Source: an uncultured Gemmatimonadales bacterium
Lineage (GTDB): Bacteria; Gemmatimonadota; Gemmatimonadetes; Gemmatimonadales; GWC2-71-9
Assembly (NCBI GenBank): GCA_963842945.1
Contig: CAWJIM010000005.1
Location: forward strand, 1 to 64,000
Direction: 5' to 3'
Length of the DNA: 64,000 nucleotides
The position numbers were made by a program, and so were the translations under genes. The notes beneath the pieces were generated by a model, which had not been told where the DNA came from, searched no databases, and saw only the letters and a list, made by a program, of their open reading frames with translations. Shown piece by piece: positions 51,127 to 62,200 of the stretch. Position 1 is the first letter of the stretch; each line of letters opens with the position of its first letter.

Positions 51127-52392
51127 GCTGCTGCGGAGCCTGGGAGCGGGAGCCGGCTCCCGTCTTTTCGTCCATTGCGCCACCTCGATCGACTATCTGG
51201 CCGAGCTCTCAGCCTCGAAGCCGGATGTCGAGCGGTACGCCGAGCGGGCGCTCCTGTTGGCGGACGCCGGAGACATCGTGTGCCTTACCCACGAGGTGGA
51301 TCCTGCGTACCTGGAGCTGCTGGCGGCGCTCGGTCTCGGCCCCCGTCCGGAGAACGTGGTCGTTGCCTCGCGCTTCTCCGAGAGCCGCGGCCCCCTCTGG
51401 GAGCGCCTGTTGGAGAGCGATGACGCGCTGGAGCTGCTGGGCCGCCGGATGCGGATGGCGGGCACGGCTCAGCTGCATCCGTTCTTTCTCACCAAAGGGC
51501 AATTCGATCTGGCGCGAGCACTGAGCGAAAGGATCGGCAGAGACGTCACCGTGATGGGGGGAGACCCGGAGGTCGTGGCCTACGCCGATCACAAGCACCA
51601 TATTCGCGCTCAGGCTCTGGAGCTGGGAATTCCCGTAGCACCGGGCGAGGCCGTGCACGCCGGGTCAGTGTTCTCGGCGGTAAAGCGCCAGCTCCGGATT
51701 ACCGGCAGGGTGATCGTGCGGGGGACGTCCGGTGCGGCCGGCTCGGCGACCTACCTGTGTGCCGGGACGGCCGAGAGCCTGGATGATCTGGCTGTCTGGT
51801 TGAGCGGCAGAATCGACAACAGCATGTATCTGGTCGAGGCGATGTACCAGGTGGTTGCCTCTCCCAATGTTCAGGTTCACATCTCCCGCGAAGGGGATAT
51901 CAGTTGCGTGGGGATTTCCGACCAGCTGCTCGATTCGGATCTGACCCACACCGGTAACGCCTTTCCCTCGACCGCGGCCTGCATCAAGGACATGGTCGTG
52001 TGGGCGAGGAGATTTGGAGAGTGGCTGGGCGACATGGGATATGTCGGGATCGCGGGGTTCGACTTCGTGGAGTACATCGCGCCGGACGGCACGCGAAAGG
52101 CGTTCCTGGCGGAGCGAACCCGCGGGTGAATGGAGCTACCTACCCGCTGGCCGTGCGCGAACGGCTGAGCCCGAGGTCGGCTTTCGTGTGCGGCTCAATA
52201 GAGACCCGACTCGACGCCTTCGCCGAGGTGCGCGATCGGCTGGCGCATCTGCTCTACTCGCCGGCCCGCAGGCGGGGAGTGATACCAGCTATGCCCGGGT
52301 GCCTGGCCTTCGGTAGATGCGCCATGATTGCGCTCGCCCCCAGTCGCGCGGAGGCGTCTGAGCTCTTTGCCCAGGCGGAGCTGCAGCCTTAG
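51119..52392 (+). CDS. Pre-ATP-grasp/ATP-grasp protein (PGM1 peptide ligase-like), frameshift near 52115
   Basis: YAERALLL...DIV, GAAGS, SPNVQ, GYVGIAGFDF and E/NPRVNGATYP motifs. Confidence 0.75.
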
Positions 52393-52440
52393 CGCCCCAA
52401 TGCCCCAGCCCGAGCCGCTAAAGTTGCTGGCCGGCATTTC

Positions 52441-53059
52441 ATGAGCCCCACGACTCTGCGCCGGCGCATCGCTGACTTCCGCTGGCAGCTCGACCGTCTG
52501 GGTGGATACGGGCGAAAGTTCGTGGTCGAGACCGATCTATCCCGGCTGGCGGAGCTGGCTCCGCCGTCCGAGGTGGATATTCGTCCGTTCAAGGAATCCG
52601 ACTGGTCGCTGCTCGGCGACATCATGCCCAAGTCGCTGACCGTCGAGCACGACGCCCCCGGTGCCGAAGGCCGAACCTGCCTGGTGGCGTGGAAACGACG
52701 GCGCGCGGTGGGCTACGCCTGGTTCTACCCCGAGGTGGACTGCCGGCACGAGCGCTGCGCGCTGCCGCTCCCTTCCGATGCGGTCTACATCCGGCAGCTG
52801 CCAGGTCGATCGGGCGGAGCGGCGGCAGGGTCTCGCCGCCGCTCTCCTGAGCGCGGGGCTCAAGCTCCGGCGCGACCAGGGTTATCACCGGAGCTGGATC
52901 GTGCTCGACCCCAAGAACACGGCGTCGGTGCGAACCATCGCGAGCGTGGCGCCCTGTCAGGTGCTGGGCACGCTAGCCTGGCTCCGGATCTTCGGCTGGA
53001 TACGCTGCCGGTACCGCGAGCTGCACGCGCCGTTTCCGATCGACACCCGCCTGTCGTGA
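52441..53059 (+). CDS. GNAT family N-acetyltransferase, frameshift near 52800
   Basis: AVGYAW, then V..AERRQGLA.ALL...N.AS in the next frame. Confidence 0.75.
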
Positions 53060-54531
53060 GCACGTCCGCCTCGTTCGAAGTCGCCCGGGCCACGGGTGCG
53101 CGCCAACCACAACGGCGGCTACTCCGGCGGCTCGCCACCTATGGGGTCTCGCGTGGCGCCACCGAGGCCATGCTGGCGGTTCGAGGAGTACTGCTCGCCG
53201 TGCTGCTCGGGCCGGCGGCGTTCGGCACCTGGGCGCTCCTGCGCCTGGTCATGCGCTACTCCGCACTCATCGGGCTCAGCGTCTATCGTGGGCTCGAGCT
53301 GGAGCTGTTGCGCAAAAAGGCGGGATCGCCTGGTGACGCCGGGACATTTGCGCCTGCCGGCGCTGGGCTTCGTGCTCCTGCTGTCGGGGGCCTCTCGCTC
53401 GTCGCGCTGACCATCTCGTTTCTGCGTGACGATCAGGCACACCGGGTGGTGCTGCGAGGCTTTGCGGCTGCGGGGCTGGCGGAGGCTCTCTTCGGCTATG
53501 CCCTGGTGTGCACCCGGGTGCGGGGGAGCCTCCGGCTCTACTCTCTGCTCGAGTCCGGGACGGCGGTGCTCCACGTAGTCTGCGCCGTCGCCCTGGCCTC
53601 GGTGTGGGGGCTGGGTGGCGCCTTCATCGGCCTCACTCTGGCCAACCTCCTGGGGATTGCCGCCGCGGCGCGGTGGCTCGAGCTGCGGCCCACCATCGAT
53701 CCGCAACGGGTGCGGCGGATGCTGGAGATTGGGTTGCCGGTGGTGCTCAGCATCGCGGCCGGAATTGCGCTGGGAACCGGAGACCGCTGGGTGGTGGCGA
53801 TCTGGGGTGGACCGACCATGCTGGGTTACTACGCGTTTGCCGGATCGGTTACAACCGTTGCAGCCGCGTTGGCGATGGTGGTGCGCACTGTCGTGTTCCC
53901 TCAGGTATATGGAGAAGCCAACTCCAATGGAGCGGCCGCGGCACTGCAGTCTCATCTGGAGCGGGCCTTATTGCCGTACGCCCGCCTGCTGCCACCGCTC
54001 CTTGGCGGATTGAGTCTGATTCTGGGACCGGTCGTGGTACAGGCGGTGCCCAGCTACCGCGAGGCTATTGCGCCGGGTCGAGTCTTTCTTCTAGCCGGGG
54101 TGGCCATGGGACTGGTCAATTTGGCCTCTATCGGTGCGGTCGCAGCCGGCCGGCAGAGGCGGCTGCCCCTCTATGCGGGATCGGCACTGGTGCTCACGTT
54201 TGCGCTTTCGATCATGGCGCTGGTCAGTGGCTATGGGCTCGGCTCGGTCGCTGCCGCCACCTTTGCCGGCCATCTGGTGTTCGCCGCACTGGTCCTCCGC
54301 CTCAATGTTCGGGAAGCCGGTATCCGGGAGCCGGGGCGGTTCGTCGCCACCATTCTCCTCCCGCTCGCGTGGTGCACCACCGCCGTGGGACTGGTGGGAC
54401 AGGTGATACCCGGTCTGGACGTTCGGTCGACCGCCATGGCCCTTTCCCTCTATCTCCTCCTGCTGGCGCCGCTGATGCCGAGCTGGACCAAGGAGATCCG
54501 GCGGATCCGCCATCGAGTCTCCGGCATTTGA
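53056..54531 (+). CDS. Oligosaccharide flippase (Wzx/MOP-like)
   Basis: Many TM helices; LLGPAAFG.W, DRWVV...G...LGYYAFA, VVFP. Possible local double frameshift near 53350-53390. Confidence 0.8.
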   Translation: MSTSASFEVARATGARQPQRRLLRRLATYGVSRGATEAMLAVRGVLLAVLLGPAAFGTWALLRLVMRYSALIGLSVYRGLELELLRKKAGSPGDAGTFAPAGAGLRAPAVGGLSLVALTISFLRDDQAHRVVLRGFAAAGLAEALFGYALVCTRVRGSLRLYSLLESGTAVLHVVCAVALASVWGLGGAFIGLTLANLLGIAAAARWLELRPTIDPQRVRRMLEIGLPVVLSIAAGIALGTGDRWVVAIWGGPTMLGYYAFAGSVTTVAAALAMVVRTVVFPQVYGEANSNGAAAALQSHLERALLPYARLLPPLLGGLSLILGPVVVQAVPSYREAIAPGRVFLLAGVAMGLVNLASIGAVAAGRQRRLPLYAGSALVLTFALSIMALVSGYGLGSVAAATFAGHLVFAALVLRLNVREAGIREPGRFVATILLPLAWCTTAVGLVGQVIPGLDVRSTAMALSLYLLLLAPLMPSWTKEIRRIRHRVSGI

Positions 54532-54557
54532 CATCCCGACAGATTAGGTCGTAATTT
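54528..54557 (+). promoter_or_regulatory. Sigma-70 promoter (TTGACA-N18-TAATTT) placing the predicted TSS on the leader-peptide ATG
   Basis: Perfect -35 at 54528; -10 at 54552-54557; ATG at 54564. Confidence 0.7.
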
Positions 54558-54563
54558 CTTGCC

Positions 54564-54659
54564 ATGAACTCCGTCGTCTCGCAGCTTCGCTCTGTCTCCG
54601 CCTCATGTTGCTGTACAAGCGCTCGAAAAACGCGAGCAGAGGGCGCCGCCCGAGATTGA
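54564..54659 (+). CDS. Cys-rich leader peptide MNSVVSQLRSVSASCCCTSARKTRAEGAARD
   Basis: 31 codons with TGT TGC TGT at 54606-54614; no SD; lies upstream of a sulfurtransferase and an attenuator hairpin. Confidence 0.8.
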   Translation: MNSVVSQLRSVSASCCCTSARKTRAEGAARD

Positions 54660-54686
54660 CTAGTGGCACAGGATCAGGACTTCTCG

Positions 54687-54728
54687 CCGGCCGCACCTCT
54701 TCCGAGGTCAGCGGCCGGTCTCATTTCT
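54687..54728 (+). terminator. Attenuator terminator
   Basis: CCGGCCGC-ACCTC-TTCC-GAGGT-CA-GCGGCCGG followed by TCTCATTTCT. Confidence 0.7.
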
Positions 54729-54766
54729 GATACTCAGTACGCGAGCTTCTTACCAAGGAGAATGCT

Positions 54767-55660
54767 ATGACCCCGGTGCAGACCGCTCACTCTGTTACTC
54801 CGATCGAGGAGCGAGGATATGCTCATCCGGAGGTGCTGGTGTCCACCGATTGGGTGGCTCAGCATCTGGAGGATCCCAAGGTCCGGCTGGTCGAATCGAA
54901 TGAGGATCTGCTGCTCTATGACACGGGGCACATTCCGGGGGCGGTAAAGATCGACTGGACCAACGACCTGAACGATCCGGTCATCCGCGACTACGTCGAT
55001 CGCGAGCGGCTGCAGAAGCTCCTGCGGTCGAAGGGCATCGACAACGACACCACCATCGTCTTCTATGGCGACAAGAACAACTGGTGGGCCACCTACGCGC
55101 TGTGGGTGCTGCAGCTGTTCGGGCTAAACAATGTGAAGGTGATGGACGGCGGCCGGCTCCGCTGGATCGACGAGGGCCGTTCCCTGTCCACTGATCGAAC
55201 CAAGTACCGTGAGGGCAACATCACGGTGGGAGAGCGAGACGACTCCCGCATCCGCGCCTTCCGCGAGGACGTTCTCGCTCACCTGAAGCAGAAAGGCCAG
55301 TTGGTCGATGTCAGGAGCCCCGAGGAGTTCCGGGGAGAGAAAACCCACATGCCGGAATACCCGCAGGAGGGCTGCCTGCGCGGCGGGCATATTCCCGGAG
55401 CGAAAAGCATCCCCTGGGCCAAGGCGATCGACCCCGAAACTCACACCTTCCGGCCCGCGAGCGAGCTGCGCCAGCTGTACCAGCAGGACAACAATCTGCG
55501 GCCGGAAGCGGAGACCATCGCCTACTGCCGGATCGGCGAGCGGTCGTCTCACACCTGGTTCGCACTCACCTACCTGCTCGGCTACGACAACGTGCGGAAC
55601 TACGACGGCTCGTGGACCGAGTGGGGGAACGCGGTGCGGCTTCCGGTGGAGAAGGGGTGA
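54767..55660 (+). CDS. Two-domain sulfurtransferase (rhodanese, SseA/CysA-type)
   Basis: LVSTDWV, GHIPGA x2, active site [25 protein letters not shown]. Confidence 0.95.
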   Translation: MTPVQTAHSVTPIEERGYAHPEVLVSTDWVAQHLEDPKVRLVESNEDLLLYDTGHIPGAVKIDWTNDLNDPVIRDYVDRERLQKLLRSKGIDNDTTIVFYGDKNNWWATYALWVLQLFGLNNVKVMDGGRLRWIDEGRSLSTDRTKYREGNITVGERDDSRIRAFREDVLAHLKQKGQLVDVRSPEEFRGEKTHMPEYPQEGCLRGGHIPGAKSIPWAKAIDPETHTFRPASELRQLYQQDNNLRPEAETIAYCRIGERSSHTWFALTYLLGYDNVRNYDGSWTEWGNAVRLPVEKG

Positions 55661-55670
55661 CAACAAGAGC

Positions 55671-55748
55671 GTGAGCGGTAAGCGGTAAGCGGGAAGGCCC
55701 GCACCTCATCCCGAGCGCAGCGAGGGATCTACCTGTCGGGATGAGGTG
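55671..55748. repeat. Heptamer tandem (GT[GA]AGCG x3) plus REP-like hairpin between convergent genes
   Basis: 13-bp perfect IR CACCTCATCCCGA/TCGGGATGAGGTG (55702-55748) enclosing GCGCAGCGAGGGATCT. Confidence 0.6.
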
Positions 55749-58713
55749 ATCAGGTCGAGTTCCGCCAGCCGCTTCCTCGCTCCGGCCACAACCGGCTGAA
55801 GCTCCGGGTCCGCGTTCTGCCAGAGCTCGATGAACCGGCGGTAGTGCTTCACCGCCTCGTCGCGGTCTCCCCGCCGGTCGTAGATCTCGGCCTGGCGGAG
55901 ATGCGAAGGCGCCAGGTACACCAGCTCGTACGATGCCCGCTCCGCGATCGAGCGGAGCCAGCCGAGCGCCTCGTCGTCCCTTCCGATGTCGGCGAGCAGC
56001 TCCGCCCGAAAATACCGGTCGTACGCCTCGGCAACGAAGACCGAGGCCGCCGTCTCCCAGTCCGCTGCGTCGAGATCGGTCAGTGCTTCTTCGGTCCGGC
56101 CGCCGGCGGCGGCGACATGGGCCCGGATGCTCTGCGCCAGGGTATGGGCCAACCGGCCGGTGCGAGAGGAATCCGCGGTCCGTTCTAAAGCTCGGGCATT
56201 GGCCAGCGCCCCGGTGGTGTCGCCCAGACGGGTGTCGAGCAGGCCCAGCCGGTGAAGCCGAAGGAAGCGGTGGATGCCCACATGCGCCGTGGTGTGCCCG
56301 GCCTGGTCCGCGGGGGCGGCAGCCGGTGTCCACCGCCGTACCGCATTGCGTGCCTCCTCGATGTCCTGGCGCGGCAGCGGCAAGAAGGTGAAGGCGGCAA
56401 AGAGCGACTGCAGCTCGAGCGCCGGGATCGAGTCCTGCCGGGCCGCCACGGCCAGCTCGCTATCGGCCCGCCGCCATTGTCCCCGGGCGATCGCGACCTG
56501 GGCCAGCATCCGATGCCCGTAGCCCTGGAGATCCGGGGCCTGGGCGGCACCCACCAGCCAGCGGGCGAATCGCTCGGTCCCGTCCAGATCGTCCGCCAAC
56601 ACGGCGACCTCCAGCGCCGTCACCGGCGGTACCCCAGCCGGGCCCGCGAGGATCTGCTGGGTGACCCGCTTCTGTCCCGGCCGGTCGCCCAGGGCATAGG
56701 CGCGAAACGCGCGGGACTCGACGACCTCGGCACCTTGGGTCACTTGGCGCACCCGGCGCACCAGCGTATCCACCTCCTGCCGCTTTCCCTCTATCCAGGC
56801 GATCCGGGCCAGGTGGATCAGGGCTTCTCCGTTATCCGGGTCGCGGGCGAGCACCTGCTCCAGGGCCGGCCGCGCCTCGACCGAGGAGCGTCCCCTGAGC
56901 GGATTGCCGTGACCAGGACCTCCGCGAGCTGGAGCCACGCGTCGGTATCGTCCGGATAGTCGGCCACCAGACTCCGGCCCAGGCTCTCAGCCTCATCAAA
57001 GCGTCCCAGTCGCCAGGTGTGCTGCACCTCGATCAGCCGGCGCTCCCGTTCGCCCAGGCGGTCCCGGTAGCGGAGCGCCTGATCGGCTGAGCGCTGTGCC
57101 TCTTCGGCACGCCCGGCCCGGTCGGCGGCATCGCTCAACCGATAGTACCCCAGGGCAAAGGTGCTGTCGGTCGTCACGGCCTGGGTGAGCGCCTCGATGG
57201 CCTCGGCGTAGCGGCCCTCCCGGTAGGCGTTCTCTCCGTCCAGATAGGACTTGAAGGCCGAGAGAGACGCGGTCGTCACCGCGGCCACCCGGGTGAGCCG
57301 CTCGTGAGGCTGGCCATAGCGGCTCGCGATCAGCTCGGCGGCCAGCCGGTCCACCAGCTGGAACAGCTCCGCCGTGCTGCCTGCGACCGACGACTGACCG
57401 ACGGGATCGTTGCGCCCGCGCTGATACATGACGGCACTGATGTGGACCTGGTCGCTCGTGGCGACGACGTCGCCCAGCACGTAAAGCTCGGCGCCGAGCC
57501 GGTCGGCCCATCCGCGGGCGCGCTCCGGGTCCGGCGGCTCGCTGTCCTGGCTGGCCACCCGGGCCAGATAGGCGCTGGGGTGTATGCTGCGGAGCTCACC
57601 CGCGCCGTCCAGGCTGGCACTCAGCAGATCGGCCAACCCGTTGCCGAAGAAGCCGGGCTGGCCGCTGCCGGTGAAGCTGAACGGGAAGACCGCCACCAGG
57701 TCGGGTGAGACCGGGGTGCCGGGAACGGATCGGTTACCCCACCACACGTCGGCCAGCACGAGCAGAGCCAGTCCGAGCCCGACCAGGCGAAGGGTTCGCC
57801 TCTTCCGGCCGGATGCATCTGGAGCGCCGGGGGGAGCCGCGACGGCCGAACCGGCTACGCCGGGTTCTGCCGCCGGGCCGGCTGGGGTTGAATGTCCGGT
57901 TGAAGCACCCGCTGTAACTCCGTTCGGGACCGACGTCGCGCCGGGAGACGGACTGATCCGGGGACCCGCCGGTCTGGCCGGCGGGGTTCCGGCCCAGCGG
58001 CCGAACATGCCCCGCAGCTGCTTGGCGTACTCCACGACTTCCGGATCGGGTGCGGTGTCGTACTCGCCCCGGATCAACTCCTCATAGACGCGGGCGTGGT
58101 CCAGCGCCGCGGACCGGTCGCCCGCCTGAACCAGGGCCCGCATGAGCCCCACGGCGTACCGGGAGTTGACCCGGTCGGTGGCCGCGAGCCGGCGCCACCA
58201 GTCGGAGGCTCCGTGATGGTCGCCGTGCCGGGCGGCGGTATTGGCCAGGGCCTCCAACGCGCCGGCATAGCGCTGCGCCAGGATGGCCCGCTCGGATTCC
58301 GCCCAGCGCTCGAACTCGGCCAGGCCGGGGAGATAAAAGCCGTCGAGGAAGGGCCCCCGGTAGAGGGTCACCGCGGTGGTGGGGTTGGACCGGTCCAGTG
58401 CCGCCTGGAAGTCGCAGGCGTCCACGCTGATGGTCTCGGGGTTCAGCCGAAGTGGTCCGGGACCGCGGAGGAAGACATCCTCGTGGAGCTCCTGGCGGAG
58501 CTGGAACATGGTCTGCTTCAGGTTGTTGCGGGCCCGGTCGGTGTCGCTCTCGGGCCAGAGGAAGGCGAGCACCCGGTCCCGGCTCACCCCCTGTTCGCTG
58601 CCCAGTCCTACCAGGGCCAGCAACGCCAGCGAGCGCTTCCGGGCGATCGCCCCCGCCACGGGGCCGTTCTCGTCTTCAATGGTGAGACCGCCGAGGGTCC
58701 TGAGGCGCAACAT
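55706..58713 (-). CDS. Membrane-spanning BTAD/SARP regulator with TolB-N-like and TPR domains, frameshift near 56910
   Basis: MLRLRTLG, LWPESD...ARNNL, LYRGPFLDGF, Pro-rich linker, TM, VAVFPF, TTAS..AFKSYL.GE; TPRs ending FIELWQNADPELQP.V. Confidence 0.88.
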
Positions 58714-58735
58714 TTGGCAGGGGGATGAGGTGCTC

Positions 58736-58762
58736 TAACCCGGATATAACCGCCACCTAACC
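58736..58762. promoter_or_regulatory. Three TAACC direct repeats at 11-bp period, SARP-type operator candidate
   Basis: TAACC at 58736, 58747 and 58758, just upstream of the BTAD gene. Confidence 0.6.
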
Positions 58763-59077
58763 GACAGCTCTTAGGTTACGGCGCCGTACCGGGAAAGACA
58801 ACACCTTCTCAGCCGAGCCGGACCCGCCGGTGTCGTTTCTCCGACGCAGTTCCTCGCCCCAGGCGCCGCAGGTGAGTCGTTGGTAGGGTACCCCTTACGG
58901 TAATCCGGAACAGGAGACATCTTTGCGGCAGTGTCGCCAATCATCAGGGACACCGCAGTGCAACAGTGGCTCACTCCGGCGCAGTACGGTCCAGCCAAAG
59001 TCTGGTTGAAGGATGGATGCGGAACAGCTCGGAAGGTGAATTGCTGTCACCCCGATAATACCTCGACACAACTGAAG

Positions 59078-59153
59078 TTCGAGTGAACGGCACCCCGGCC
59101 GCGAGGCCGGTCCGCAAAGCCCCGGGTCTCTCCGAGACAGCCAGGCTGCCGAA
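59078..59153 (+). ncRNA. c-di-GMP-I (GEMM-I) riboswitch
   Basis: GGCA-CCCCGGCC-GCGA-GGCCGG-TCCGCAAAG-CCCCGGGTCT...AGACAGCCAGGCTGCCGAA, with GNRA loop and TTCG/CGAA P1. Confidence 0.8.
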
Positions 59154-59213
59154 GGTGCGTCTATGCTGGCGCCTTCGTGTCCCTGGTTCCAGGTCCCCTG
59201 AGGAGAAGTCCCG

Positions 59214-62200
59214 ATGCGTCGTGCCCTGCTGGTCTGACTCTTGCCATCGCGTTCGCCCTTGCCTGCGGCGACGACATCACCGAGCCGACCGGACCCCGAA
59301 GACCACTGCGGTGGCGGCGAGGCCCTTGTTCGCCACGACGACGACGGAAGACGGTTTGTCGATCTCGACGGACAAGGACGACTACCAGCCGGGGGATGTG
59401 GTGCACTTCACCGGGTACGGCTGGCAGCCGGGGGACGTGCTGGACATCGTGCTCACGGATGATCCGCAGACCGCACGAGCCGCACACCTGGACGGTGAGC
59501 GTGGGGGCGGACGGGATGTTCCACGACTCGACCTATGTCGTGGATGAGGGGGACCTCAACGTCGCGTTCACATTGGTGGCGACGAGCAGGGCGACGGGGC
59601 GGAGCCTGACGGTGAACTTTACGGATTCTCAAGCGCAGTCTCTCACTCTTGCGCCCACAAGTTCCACGGTGACTCAGGGGACTTCGGGCGAATTACACCG
59701 TAGCCGTAAAAATGGGTGGAAATACCGGTCAGTGTACGATAACGCTCACTGTGAGTTCAATCACTCCTGCCGCACCGTCATCAACTCCTGTGTTTGGTGG
59801 CGGTGCCAATCCTTTCAACGACGAACGCCGATTTTAACAGAACTCTGACGATCGGCGGCACGCTAGTACGCCTCCAGGCACTTACACCTTCACGTAGTCG
59901 GACTGAAGGGTCAAATTGCCAGGGCAACAATCCTCCTAAAACGGCCTCGGTACCTTAATCGTCCAAGCACCTGCCGATCAGACGCGGCCGACGGTTACCA
60001 TCAACCAGGCTGGCGGGCAGGCCGACCCCACCAACGCTTCACCGATCAACTTCACGGTGGTGTTCAGCGAGACAGTCACAGACTTCGCCACCGGAGACGT
60101 TACCCTCGACGGGCGCGGGTCGGCCCGGAGCTACCGCCGCCGTAACCGGCAGCGGAACGACTTACAACGTGGCGGTCAGCGGGATGACCACCACGGGCAC
60201 CGTCAGTCGCTTCGATCGGTCGCCGACGTGGCTCACGATGCCGCGGGAAATGGTAACGATGCCTCCACCAGCACCGACAACACCGTGCTCTACGACAAGA
60301 CCGGGCCCACGGTCACCATCAATCAAAAGTCCGGCCAGCCCGACCCCACGAACCAGTCGCCGATCCAGTTCACGGTAATCTTCGACAAACCGGTCAGCGA
60401 CTTCACGGGCGGACGTCACGCTGGGTGGGACAGCCGCACCCGACTACGGCCGTGGTGTCCGGCGGATCCGACGGGACGAACTTCGAGGTCGCGGTGAGCG
60501 GGATGACCGGCGACGGAACGGTCACCGCCACCATCGCAGCCGATGTGGCCGCACGATGCCGCCGGGAACGGCAACATGGCGGCCTCCAGTACCGACAACG
60601 AGGTCACCTACGATGCGACTCCGCCGACGGTGACCATCAATCAGGCAACCGGGCAGGCGGACCCGACCAATGCTTCACCGATCAACTTCACGGTCGTGTT
60701 CAGCGAGCCGGTGAGCGGCTTCCCGAGTAACGACATCCCTTCTGAGCGGGACGGCGAACCCGGCGACAGCCTTGGTGTCGACTAGCGACCCAGAGCTGAA
60801 GACCTACAACGTTGCGGTGAGCGGAATGACCGGCGACGGAACCGTCACTGCCGCGGTCAGGGTCAACGCCGCTGATGATGAGGCCACGAATCACAGCACG
60901 GCTTCCACCAGCACGGACAACACCGTTACCTACGACCATACGCCGCCGACCGTCACCATCAACCAGGCCGCCGGCCAGGTGGACCCGACCAGCGCATCAC
61001 CCGATCAACTTCACCGTTGTTTTCAGCGAAAACGTGACCGGCTTTGAGAGCGGTGACGTGACCCTGGCCGGGACGGCCAGCTCACTCGGCTGCAACCGTC
61101 ACCGGTGGCCCGGCGACTTACAATGTGGCGGTCCCGGTGACCGCGCCTGGAACCGTGATCGCGTCGATCAATGCTGGTAAGGCCAGTGATGCGGCGGGTA
61201 ACGGCAATACGGCGTCCACCAGCACCGACAATACTGTGACCTACGACCCAGAGCCGCCCGCAGTATCCAACGTGGCGGTGAACCCCACTCCAACCAACGG
61301 CACGATCGCCGTGACTGCCACGGCCAAGGTTGACGATGCCGCGACCGGCAACTCCAAGATCGTCTCGGCCGAGTACAGCATCGATGGCGGCACCCCGGTG
61401 GCGATGAATGCGGCAGACGGCAGCTTCAATTCAGCGACCGAAAACGTGACTGCCATCATTCCGGCAGCTGTGGTTGCCGCACTACCCGCCGGGCGCTCAC
61501 CAAGTATGCGTCCGGGGTACCGACGATGCCGGCAACAGAAGCTCGTTCTCCGATACCGGGGCATGCGCTACGCTGGTGGTGGATCCTGAGCCGCCTGCTG
61601 TGTCGAACGTTGCGGTCAACCCGAACCCGACCAACGGCACGATCAACGTCACCGCCACCGCCAAGGTCGACGACGCCGCCACCGGTAACTCGAAGATCGT
61701 GTCGGCCGAGTACCGGATCGATGGTGGCTCCGCGGTAGCGATGTCCGCCGCCGACGGCAGCTTCAGCTCGGCAACCGAAAACGTCACCGCGAGTATCTCC
61801 CGCAGGAACAGTCGCGGCGTTGAGCAACGGTCCGCACCACAGTCTGCGTTCGGGGAACCGACCAGGCCGGGAATACGAGCTCATTCGACGACGCCGGTGC
61901 CTGCGCCACGCTCAACGTGGATAAGCAGCCACCAGTTGTCTCAAACGTGGCTGTCAGCCCGAGTCTCACCAACGGTTCAATCAATGTGACTGCTACCGCA
62001 AACGTGGATGACGCCGCCACCGGCAGCTCAAGGATTGTAGCGGCCTACTACAATATCGATGGTGGCCTCGCGATTGCGATGGGCGCTTCTGATGCGGCCT
62101 TCGACGAGGCGACAGAGAACGTCACCGCGACAATACCGGCTGCTACCGTACATGCGCTCGACGAGGGCAATCACACCGTTTGTGTGAAGGGGAAGGATCT

